From: a bacterium
Lineage (GTDB): Bacteria; Patescibacteriota; Patescibacteriia; JACQSD01
Length of the DNA: 45,078 nt
Direction of reading: 5' to 3'
Assembly: GCA_030648795.1 (NCBI GenBank)
Contig: JAUSHC010000014.1
Span: 1-45,078, forward strand
How positions within the stretch are numbered: position 1 is the first letter of the stretch; every line of letters begins with the position of its first letter. This document shows positions 28,701 to 35,205 of the stretch, in pieces. The position numbers and the translations under genes were made by a program. The notes under the pieces were generated by a model. It made no database searches. It was not told the DNA's origin and saw only the letters and a program-made list of their open reading frames with translations.

Positions 28701-30638
28701 GTTACGTTAACATCATCCGCAACGCTTGCCACTAATCGCCCGCTTCTTTCAGGGCTTCTTTCTATTGGGAGTACGGTTGCGCAAGTATTGATTGACGAAC
28801 AACCCGTTGCACCTGTATCTATCGGAGCAAGTGGGGCATTCGTATTTGCGTCCCCCATTCGTCTTCCGGACGGAGAACATACGTTGCGTTTCATGGTGGA
28901 TAATATTCCGACAAATGCAGTCACCTTTTTTATTAGCACAAGAGAGCCAGTATCTGCAACCGTGAACGACATCGTCGTTGCGCGACAACAACCGGGGGCT
29001 GTACCGGGAACGATGGATCTCTTGATTGTTGTCCAAGCATCGGTTGACGCGACAACGCAATCGATCGCGCTTATTGATCCGACGGCAAAGACAACGATAG
29101 CCGAAGAAACAACAACAGCAAAACAGCCAACGCTTTCGGTCTCTGTCACAAGAACAGCCGAGCAACTTGGTACACACACACTGCTTTTAGTCACCCGCGA
29201 TCAGTTCGGGGAATCAACAATACAACAGATTACGTATGCGGTAACAAATGCGCCAATAAGTTATGCGTGTAGTGATGGCGTGGATAATGACGCGGACGGA
29301 AAGATTGATTATAGAGCGGATCCAGGTTGTTCTGGTTTTACAGATACACAAGAAGATGATTCGTTGCTTGTAACATTATCACAGCAAGCGACGGTTTCTG
29401 CAGTAACGAATGCGTTGAATGATACAGCAATGACGACTATCGATGCTGCACAACGTTTTACGGAACAAACAGTAAAGCAGACTGCCGCCTTTGCCGAGGT
29501 TACGGATCGTATTGTGCAAACAACACAACCGGTAACGATACGAACGTTGGCAGCGGTTGCTCCTGCGGCGATTGTGGTGAATCCGATAACAGCATCAAGT
29601 TTGCCTGCGCTTCCGGGGATGGTTACCAATGCGTTCTCATGGCTTTTCTCCGCTTTAGGAATTCGCAAGAAGCGAAAGAATCCATGGGGGATGGTGTATG
29701 ATGCCATTACGAAAGAGCCGATTGGTTTGGCAATTTTGCGACTTTTTGACGCGGGAACCCCGATAACAAAGCAGGGCGTTGTTACGGGACAGGCTTCACA
29801 ATTATTGGCAACGCAGGTCACTGATAAAGAAGGGCGGTTTGAATTTCTTGTGAAGCCGGGAAGCTACAGAATTGAGGCTCAAAAAACACCGTTTCTATTC
29901 CCGTCAAAGATTATCGAAGGGAAGGATGATGGAGAATTGTTTAATGTCTATCATGGAGAAGTGATTTCTGTCACTACTGAAGGACAAGCAATGCATGTAA
30001 ATATTCCTATTGATCAAGAAAATATTACGTTGCCGCGCATTGCTTCACTTCGCAATACGTTCCAACGTATTCGTCGAATTGCAAGCAAAGCATCACTGCC
30101 GCTTTTGGTCATAGGGACTGGAATAAGTATTGTCATGTACGCATTTTCGCAGACGAAGTATAATCTTTTAGCGCTTCTCGTCTACGTAGGATTTGCAGCA
30201 TACCAGACGATTCTCTCACCGAAGAAAGTGAAATCATGGGGTACGATTTTTGATGCAGTAACACTTACGCCGGTATCACTCGCGATGGTGAGCATTATTG
30301 ATCCGCAGTATCAGCGCGTTATCAAAACCCGTCTTTCAGATTATCAGGGAAGATTTACTTTTTTGCCTGATCCGGGGAATTATCAATTGAAAGTAACGAA
30401 AGCGAATTATCAGTTCCCGAGTAAGACCGAAAAAGCGGTTAAAAAATATCACCACTTGTATCACGGAGAATCTTTAACGGTCGCTAAAAAGAAGGCAATC
30501 ATTGCAGTAGATATTCCGCTTGACCCTCTTATGTCGACTGCGTCTACGCCGTCTGTTTCATCCGTGCCACCATCAACAATTCCGCCGACGGCTATCGCTA
30601 CGCCTCCCGCATCTCCTCCTACGTCACCAACATCGTGA
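25749..30638 (+). CDS. Giant surface protein 3 (1629 aa): N-terminal anchor or signal, Ycf48/BNR-like propeller, Ig-like array, Cys/Asp Ca-binding-like motif, C-terminal membrane module with two CarboxypepD_reg-like domains
   Basis: Uninterrupted 4.9-kb ORF. Its ATG overlaps the upstream TGA as ATGA (25749-25752). N-terminal hydrophobic segment SFVVSTIVIVSIIAASMMAPMIGRAAT. Confidence 0.9.
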   Translation: MMKHPFIFSRALSSFVVSTIVIVSIIAASMMAPMIGRAATGSWGVVSSPTTQTLTDVTFFNSDIGWAVGESGTILSWGAATKTWEKSGSSFTPATLWGVDAFGPSDAWAVGDSGSLLHFNGTAWVTESSFASTHLLDVDAVDAGTLWVVGDGGTIFEGVKTGSSFVWTQWSDAGFVSKVFYGVSFRDASDGWIVGSDGMILHWDGNVFAQIEAQVTDDLFDVIATGNNTAIVVGENGVILRVSTVGAERIVSPTGDASLLSVAMNAQGRGWIGGEYGTLLASADAGEHWQTATSSVSSALTRVFFPSEDQGWIVGTGGTIVHYMPLPAVPVLVNPMDAVVTNDAPLLFDWGAALYADTYTLRYATSVNFTSGVVTVPNLTASSYTPTVSDGTYYWKVWGVNTAGAGDISLVRSVRIDRTPPAIPQPEEPGANATVIMATPTLQWGVANDATRHELRLDDASPIAVTTNTYTPAVALGEGTHTWQVRSFDAVGNSSEWSGVQSFTVPSQTIVPPPDTTPPSVPTLLSPSVSATVTVRTPEFRWSGDTDVAEYDVQVFASGTTPPSVPLVVVASPWTSTDSLTNGVYSWRLRARDHAGNTSAWSTGTFTVTVASTITIEPPPSEQPIPPIVQPVPAPLVFSLTGPGSIITETKPVFTWSASVNATTYTLEIVGDGTAFIKTIANITTTSYIPAEALSQGKYFWKVTASNSEGVSVIAGSQPLIIDATPPPAPTLSEPSPDAQTTLPVALVWAPVSDNLTSVTYTVQVDDGNFSSPTFVTAGTSDVNAASTTTLEINAQNFVDTQYLITNGLTSGITYRWRVWAKDAAGNMSTAPSAVRSFIIPVPAVAPSAFTLAESSEVTIDATPTFQWTKSDGATAYTLFIQGNGANNTVTRAYPGSNEIPFTKLSYAITDPLPLGTYTWYVRATNSAGTYSAPSRLIMIATSVIEKKQSEILPPEPLPPLPPTKEAIDTAIRSGSIEETPTITVTLTSSATLATNRPLLSGLLSIGSTVAQVLIDEQPVAPVSIGASGAFVFASPIRLPDGEHTLRFMVDNIPTNAVTFFISTREPVSATVNDIVVARQQPGAVPGTMDLLIVVQASVDATTQSIALIDPTAKTTIAEETTTAKQPTLSVSVTRTAEQLGTHTLLLVTRDQFGESTIQQITYAVTNAPISYACSDGVDNDADGKIDYRADPGCSGFTDTQEDDSLLVTLSQQATVSAVTNALNDTAMTTIDAAQRFTEQTVKQTAAFAEVTDRIVQTTQPVTIRTLAAVAPAAIVVNPITASSLPALPGMVTNAFSWLFSALGIRKKRKNPWGMVYDAITKEPIGLAILRLFDAGTPITKQGVVTGQASQLLATQVTDKEGRFEFLVKPGSYRIEAQKTPFLFPSKIIEGKDDGELFNVYHGEVISVTTEGQAMHVNIPIDQENITLPRIASLRNTFQRIRRIASKASLPLLVIGTGISIVMYAFSQTKYNLLALLVYVGFAAYQTILSPKKVKSWGTIFDAVTLTPVSLAMVSIIDPQYQRVIKTRLSDYQGRFTFLPDPGNYQLKVTKANYQFPSKTEKAVKKYHHLYHGESLTVAKKKAIIAVDIPLDPLMSTASTPSVSSVPPSTIPPTAIATPPASPPTSPTS
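25870..26725 (+). repeat. Seven-blade Ycf48/BNR-like propeller in giant protein 3
   Basis: Blades: GWAVGESGTILSW, AWAVGDSGSLLHFNGTAW, LWVVGDGGTIF, GWIVGSDGMILHWDGNVF, AIVVGENGVILRV, GWIGGEYGTLLASADAGEHW, GWIVGTGGTIVHY. This is the same blade type as 17560-18360. Confidence 0.55.
26725..28560 (+). repeat. Ig/FN3-like repeat array in giant protein 3
   Basis: It uses the same P-x-(L/F)-x-W ... G-x-Y-x-W-x-V-x-A-x-D-x-A-G-N unit as the protein 2 arrays, in about 8-9 copies separated by Pro-rich linkers. Confidence 0.6.
29261..29345 (+). other. Cys/Asp-rich CxDGxDNDxDGxxD motif (thrombospondin-type-3/MopE-like Ca-binding-like)
   Basis: The peptide is YACSDGVDNDADGKIDYRADPGCSGF. Confidence 0.5.
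29530..30530 (+). other. C-terminal membrane module of giant protein 3: a TM segment, a CarboxypepD_reg-like domain, two TM segments, then a second CarboxypepD_reg-like domain
   Basis: Hydrophobic segments are LAAVAPAAIVVNPI...AFSWLFSALGI, LPLLVIGTGISIVMYAF and LLALLVYVGFAAYQTIL. The beta-sandwich motifs are GMVYDAITKEPIGLAILRLFD...TDKEGRFEFLVKPGSYRIEA and GTIFDAVTLTPVSLAMVSIID...DYQGRFTFLPDPGNYQLKV. The protein ends in a Pro/Thr/Ser tail. Confidence 0.55.
29756..29788. repeat. Palindromic element, family D, copy inside giant protein 3
   Basis: AACCCCGATAACAAAGCAGGGCGTTGTTACGGG is the exact reverse complement of 31381-31413 (33/33 nt). It has internal imperfect arms CCCGATAACAA/TTGTTACGGG. 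Confidence 0.9.
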
Positions 30639-30650
30639 CTCTCATAACAT

Positions 30651-31286
30651 ATGCTCATTTCTCTTCTTTTTGATAACCCGCTTCTCTTCGTTTCGGCAAT
30701 TCTTGCCGCGATCATTGCATTTACATTTCATGAATTTGCACATGCAGCAGCAGCAACGCTTTTAGGCGATGACACTGCAAAGCAAGAACGGCGACTGTCG
30801 TTAAATCCTTTCGCACATCTCGATGTTGTTGGATTCTCGCTTCTTCTCGTGAGCGGTTTTGGATGGGCAAAGCCAGTACCCTATAATCCGTATGGGCTCA
30901 AAACGCGCTTTGGAGGGAATCTTCTTATTCCACTCGCAGGACCGGCGATGAATTTTGTTCAAAGTATTATTGCGGCAAGCGCTTTGCGTCTATTTGCCGC
31001 CGCATCGTATTCTCCCGACCATTTTTTTGTGCAGTTTTTTGGTTTATTCCTTTTGATTAATCTTCTTCTTGGATTTTTTAATCTTATTCCTATTCCGCCA
31101 TTGGATGGATCGCGTATAATGCTTTCTCTTTTTCCGGATCGTTATGAAGAATCGAAAGTACATTTTGAACGATCGGGTCCGTTTCTTCTTATTCTTATTA
31201 TTATTCTTGATGCGTCGTCTGGATTTAATTTTTTCGCGCATTTTTTAAACGTGCTTTCTCATTTCGTTTCAGCGTTCATGTCTTAG
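30651..31286 (+). CDS. Site-2 protease family zinc metalloprotease (peptidase M50)
   Basis: HEFAH zinc motif in the first TM helix, a NLIPIPPLDGSRI (LDG) motif, and a polytopic hydrophobic profile. It starts 12 nt after the giant protein 3 stop. Confidence 0.85.
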   Translation: MLISLLFDNPLLFVSAILAAIIAFTFHEFAHAAAATLLGDDTAKQERRLSLNPFAHLDVVGFSLLLVSGFGWAKPVPYNPYGLKTRFGGNLLIPLAGPAMNFVQSIIAASALRLFAAASYSPDHFFVQFFGLFLLINLLLGFFNLIPIPPLDGSRIMLSLFPDRYEESKVHFERSGPFLLILIIILDASSGFNFFAHFLNVLSHFVSAFMS

Positions 31287-33066
31287 TAGTCTTTGTCATA
31301 TATGTTCCTTCGCGTTTGTAGCCGAGTTTTTCGTAGTAGGGACGGACGCCAATGCCAGCGATGACGGCAATTTTTCTTGCCCCGTAACAACGCCCTGCTT
31401 TGTTATCGGGGTTTATTCCATACTCTCGTACAATCTCCTCCGCTTTTTCCATAAGCTGTTTCCCAAAACCCGTATGTTGTATCGTTCCTTCTTCGCCGAT
31501 AGGTATCAGGTGTCCGTAGGTGTGCAGTTCGCGGATGAATGCACAGTCGGCGATTTCCGGGATGAGCGTATCCAGCTCTGGAGTTATACTTTTTTTCTGC
31601 ACAATGCGCGCGGGAATACGTAAACGACAAAATGCGTAAACGGCGGTGCGCTCGGGATCTTCGAATGATAAAAAATATTCCTTGCCGCCCGACGCCTCAT
31701 ACTCATCAACAAACAATGTTACACGGTTCACGTTTAACGTTTTACGTTCTTGGTGTCCGATTTCGCGGCATCGGAGACACTGGCAGACGAGTCCGCGTTT
31801 TTTCATGAGTGCTTGGATGGTCTGTCGAAGATTCGTGACGTTATTTCCGTCGTAAATATAATCCGCAGGGATGTCGCGAATGAGACGCGATATGCGTACA
31901 TATCGTGGAATGCGTGATTTTACGGTGATGAGCACCTCGATCAATTCTTCGAGACTATATGGTTTGTATTTTCCATCTTTCCACCATTGAAAAATTTCTG
32001 CAGTTTTCAAAACAACGCAGGGATAGATTTTCATCATGTCGGGGCGAAGATCGCCGTCGCTCCAGAGCATGTCGAATGCGGCGATATCTTTTTCGGGTGT
32101 AGCACCGGGAAGTTGCGGCATCATGTGAAAGTCTACTTTGAATCCCGCCTCGCGCAACAAAAGTGTCGCTCGTTTTACGCCACTGATATCGTGCCCCCGA
32201 TTGACACCTTTGAGTATTTCGGGATCGGTGTGTTGTACGCCAAGCTCAATCCTTGTGCATCCGAGCGCCCGCAATCGTGCTACTTCTTTTGCCGTCACCC
32301 AGTCAGGACGTGTTTCTAAGGTGATGCCAATAACACGGTGCGTTCCCAGTTCATTTTTTTTATGCGCCCCCTCTATTTCTTCATCGGTTATAGGCACGGC
32401 ATCCACCCACCCATCAGTATTATCAACTTGTCGATGTTCTTTTTCGAGACGCGTTCCCGGTTCTTCTGCTGGTGCAACTTGATCTTTGCTTTTGATAAGT
32501 ATCATCGTATACTCTTCGGGCTGCTCTACAGACCCGGCATCATTTGCGCCGTCGAAACAGCGTTTTAAAAACCAGCGCTGATAGACAGCGGGATAGGCAG
32601 ACCATGTGCCGCCTTTGACGATGAGTTCAATCTTGTCTGTTGGATGGCCGTTTGCAGTGAGCGTCTCTATGCGCGATCGCATTTGCGTGTACGGATCAAA
32701 GCGAAGAATGAGTCCGCGCCATGCGGCTGGTTCTTTCTCGAGATAGGATTTTGGCATGCGGACTTCGGTCGGGCAGTAGGAGCATTTTCCGGGACAGGGG
32801 TAGGGGCGCGCTAAGACGGTGATGATGGCGACGCCGGAAAGCGTACGCATGGGATGTTTTTGTAGAAGTCCTTCCAGGCGCTCATTACGAAGAATGGTTT
32901 TTGTTTCGAGCAGATCGTGATATGCTTTTAACAGATCCATTGTTGTCGGAAAGATGGCGCCGGGGCTTTGGCGCGCTAATCGTCGCTCAACCGAAAGAAT
33001 ATCCTCGCGGGAAGTAGGAGGAGTAGCGATGAGTTGTTCTACGATTTTTTGAGAGAAAGATTTCAT
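31276..33066 (-). CDS. Elp3-like radical-SAM/GNAT enzyme (tRNA U34 carboxymethyl-type modification)
   Basis: 596 aa. It has the radical-SAM CPGKCSYC (CxxxCxxC) motif, ...GITLETRPDW..., a TRIELGVQ TIM-barrel motif, and a C-terminal GNAT domain with the QHTGFGKQLM acetyl-CoA loop and GIGVRPYYEKLGY. It overlaps the 3' end of the M50 gene by 11 nt in convergent orientation. Confidence 0.85.
   Translation of the reverse strand: MKSFSQKIVEQLIATPPTSREDILSVERRLARQSPGAIFPTTMDLLKAYHDLLETKTILRNERLEGLLQKHPMRTLSGVAIITVLARPYPCPGKCSYCPTEVRMPKSYLEKEPAAWRGLILRFDPYTQMRSRIETLTANGHPTDKIELIVKGGTWSAYPAVYQRWFLKRCFDGANDAGSVEQPEEYTMILIKSKDQVAPAEEPGTRLEKEHRQVDNTDGWVDAVPITDEEIEGAHKKNELGTHRVIGITLETRPDWVTAKEVARLRALGCTRIELGVQHTDPEILKGVNRGHDISGVKRATLLLREAGFKVDFHMMPQLPGATPEKDIAAFDMLWSDGDLRPDMMKIYPCVVLKTAEIFQWWKDGKYKPYSLEELIEVLITVKSRIPRYVRISRLIRDIPADYIYDGNNVTNLRQTIQALMKKRGLVCQCLRCREIGHQERKTLNVNRVTLFVDEYEASGGKEYFLSFEDPERTAVYAFCRLRIPARIVQKKSITPELDTLIPEIADCAFIRELHTYGHLIPIGEEGTIQHTGFGKQLMEKAEEIVREYGINPDNKAGRCYGARKIAVIAGIGVRPYYEKLGYKREGTYMTKTTKT
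31381..31413. repeat. Palindromic element, family D, copy inside the Elp3-like CDS
   Basis: Exact reverse complement of 29756-29788. It lies in the segment encoding INPDNKAGRCYGA, which looks like an extra loop between the GNAT helix (EEIVREYG) and the RKIAVIAGIGVR strand. Confidence 0.9.
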
Positions 33067-33067
33067 T

Positions 33068-33793
33068 ATGGATAAAAAATTTGCTCAACAAATTCTTGAA
33101 AAAACGTGGCGTGATTATGACGCGATCGCTTCTTTATTTTCCGAGACCCGAGAGCGTGTATACGATCTCGAGCCCTTGGTTTCTAGCGTAAAGAGCGGTG
33201 ACACGGTACTTGATGTAGGATGTGGTAATGGCCGTTTGCTTGGGGCGCTACCGGTGGGTGTGCAGTATGTCGGATGTGATACGAGTGTGCAAATGATTGC
33301 GATCGCAAAGAAGCGATGTGCAATTTATAAGGGGCATCTTTGTAAAAAACAAGGGTGCCCCTTGTGTGTACGTTTCGTTCTGGGTGATGTGCTTAGACTC
33401 CCTTTTCCCGACGCATCATTCGATCATGTCTTCGCATTGGCCGTGCTTCATCATATCCCAAGTACTGCTTTACGGCAACAGGCAATATCGGAACTGGTGC
33501 GTCTTGTAAAACCTGGCGGTCGGATTACGATAACCGTATGGAATCTTCGGAGTTTCTATTGGATGAAACGCTACCGATTATGGCAGTTGTTTTTTGGGTT
33601 GCATCCGCAAGGATACGATCGTGGCGATTGTTTTGTACCATGGAAGCGAGGAGTCGAAAAGCCAATTATGCGCTATGTACATGCATTTACGGGATGGGAA
33701 TTAGCGAAATTATGTATAAATGGAGGACTTTCCCTTATTGCGCAATCACATGGGCGAAGCCACATTGTGGTTGCAACGCGCCCCGTTGTCTAA
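33068..33793 (+). CDS. Class I SAM-dependent methyltransferase, Trm9/ALKBH8-MT-like
   Basis: Motif I is VLDVGCGNGRLLG. The motifs ...RLPFPDASFDHVFALAVLHHIPS..R, GGRITITVWNL, DCFVPWK and RYVHAFTGWELAKL follow the order of the yeast Trm9 motifs (HFSxTR, DVGCGNGKYLG, FDFAISIAVVHH, FVPW, YRYYHLF..GEL) as I recall them. Its ATG lies 1 nt from the divergent Elp3 start. Confidence 0.65.
   Translation: MDKKFAQQILEKTWRDYDAIASLFSETRERVYDLEPLVSSVKSGDTVLDVGCGNGRLLGALPVGVQYVGCDTSVQMIAIAKKRCAIYKGHLCKKQGCPLCVRFVLGDVLRLPFPDASFDHVFALAVLHHIPSTALRQQAISELVRLVKPGGRITITVWNLRSFYWMKRYRLWQLFFGLHPQGYDRGDCFVPWKRGVEKPIMRYVHAFTGWELAKLCINGGLSLIAQSHGRSHIVVATRPVV
33327..33365. repeat. Palindromic element, family B, inside the methyltransferase CDS
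   Basis: Arms ATAAGGGGCATCTTTGT (33327-33343) and ACAAGGGTGCCCCTTGT (33349-33365), with loop AAAAA. The three C-to-T differences in the left arm still allow G:U pairing. The element is 39 nt and is translated in a different frame (YKGHLCKKQGCPLC) from the 4848 copy. Confidence 0.85.
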
Positions 33794-33809
33794 AGCGTGT
33801 ATTGGGCGT

Positions 33810-34757
33810 ATGGTAGAAGAGGATATGGCACTTCCAAAACTCATCTGTGTTGTCGGTCCAACCGCGTCGGGAAAAACGGCGTTGGGTATTCATTTAGCTA
33901 AGAAGTTTCATGGCGATATTATTTCTGCGGATTCTCGGCAGATCTATCGCGGTATGGATGTCGGTACCGCAAAAGAGAGGGGGCAGTGGCGCGCAATCGG
34001 TAAGCATGAAGCGCTTGTTGTCGAGGGTATTCCGCATTACGGCATTGATCTTGTTACGCCGAACGAATCGTATACGGTCGCTGATTTTCAATCATATACA
34101 AATATTGTTATTGCGGATATCGTCGAGCGAAAGAAGGTGCCGTTTATTGTTGGGGGTACGGGGCTTTACGTTGATGCGGTAATTGATAATTTTATCATTC
34201 CACATGTTCCTCCGAATCCAGAACTCCGTACAAAAATTGAAGGATTGATCCGTGAGAAAGGCATTCAAGAGGTTTACCTCGAGCTTTTGAAACTCGACCC
34301 CGATGCGGCAGATTTTGTTTCGTTGCAAAATTCTCGTCGTATTATTCGCGCGCTTGAGGTGTGTCTTGCGACGGGAAAACCATTTTCAAAACAGAAAAAA
34401 CGCGGAAAGCGTCTATACACTACGTTGCAAGTCGGTATTACGGTTCCGCGAGAGACGTTATATGCGAGAATCAACGCACGAGTGGATCAACAAGTGCGTG
34501 ATGGGCTTATTGATGAAGTGCGTCATCTTTTGACATTATATGATGCGGCGCTCCCTTCTTTTTCTGGCATTGGTTATAGTGATCTTATCTCCGGTCTTCG
34601 TGGAGCAATTTCAATGGAAGCAGCGATCGATATGGTGAAACGGCGTACGCGATGGTACTCGCGTCGACAAATGACATGGTTTCGGCGTGATAAACGAATT
34701 AAGTGGGTGCAATCACCCAAGGAAGCGGAAAAACTGGTTGCAAGATTTTTGAAATAG
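33810..34757 (+). CDS. miaA: tRNA dimethylallyltransferase MiaA
   Basis: P-loop VVGPTASGKTALG, plus DSRQIYRGMDVGTAK and GGTGLY motifs. The start is ATG 33810 or 33825; the ORF-track start at 33720 overlaps the methyltransferase and is rejected. Confidence 0.9.
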   Translation: MVEEDMALPKLICVVGPTASGKTALGIHLAKKFHGDIISADSRQIYRGMDVGTAKERGQWRAIGKHEALVVEGIPHYGIDLVTPNESYTVADFQSYTNIVIADIVERKKVPFIVGGTGLYVDAVIDNFIIPHVPPNPELRTKIEGLIREKGIQEVYLELLKLDPDAADFVSLQNSRRIIRALEVCLATGKPFSKQKKRGKRLYTTLQVGITVPRETLYARINARVDQQVRDGLIDEVRHLLTLYDAALPSFSGIGYSDLISGLRGAISMEAAIDMVKRRTRWYSRRQMTWFRRDKRIKWVQSPKEAEKLVARFLK

Positions 34758-34758
34758 T

Positions 34759-35205
34759 TTACGTGAGGCGTTGTTTTACGCAATCGCTAATTTTGTTTCC
34801 GGGTGCTTTCCCTTTTACTTTCGGCATAAGCGCTTTCATGACTGCACCAAAATCTTTTTGCGTTGTTGCGCCGCTTTCTTTGATGGCAGCATCCACAAGC
34901 GTGGCGAGTTCCGTATCTGAAAGTTGCGCAGGTAAGTAGATTTCGAGGAATTTTTTTTCTGATTGTTCTTTTTGTGCGAGCTCCGGGCGTTCACCTTTCG
35001 TATAATCTGTAATTGCATCCGCGCGTTTTTTCACTTCGCTTGCCACCACAGCAAGTACGTCATCATCGGTCAGAACAACTGGCCGTTTTTCTATTTCCTT
35101 ATTTCGTATTGCCGATATCAACATACGCAATGTTGACAGCTTTAGTTCTTCTTTTTTCTTCATCGCGGCAATGAGGTCGACTTGGATTTTTTCCTTGATG
35201 GTCAT
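34759..35205 (-). CDS. yqeY: GatB/YqeY domain protein
   Basis: 148 aa. LIAAMKKKEELKLSTLRMLISAIRNKEIE...YLPAQLSDTEL...DFGAVMKALMPKVKGKA is the typical YqeY pattern. It is ATGA-coupled to gatB. Confidence 0.85.
   Translation of the reverse strand: MTIKEKIQVDLIAAMKKKEELKLSTLRMLISAIRNKEIEKRPVVLTDDDVLAVVASEVKKRADAITDYTKGERPELAQKEQSEKKFLEIYLPAQLSDTELATLVDAAIKESGATTQKDFGAVMKALMPKVKGKAPGNKISDCVKQRLT

Noticed and set aside
8607-30638. Diversity-generating retroelement, or sortase/LPXTG or S-layer anchoring, for the giant proteins
   Set aside because: No reverse transcriptase ORF or template/variable repeat pair is visible in the window. I also found no LPXTG-like or SLH motifs at the C-termini.
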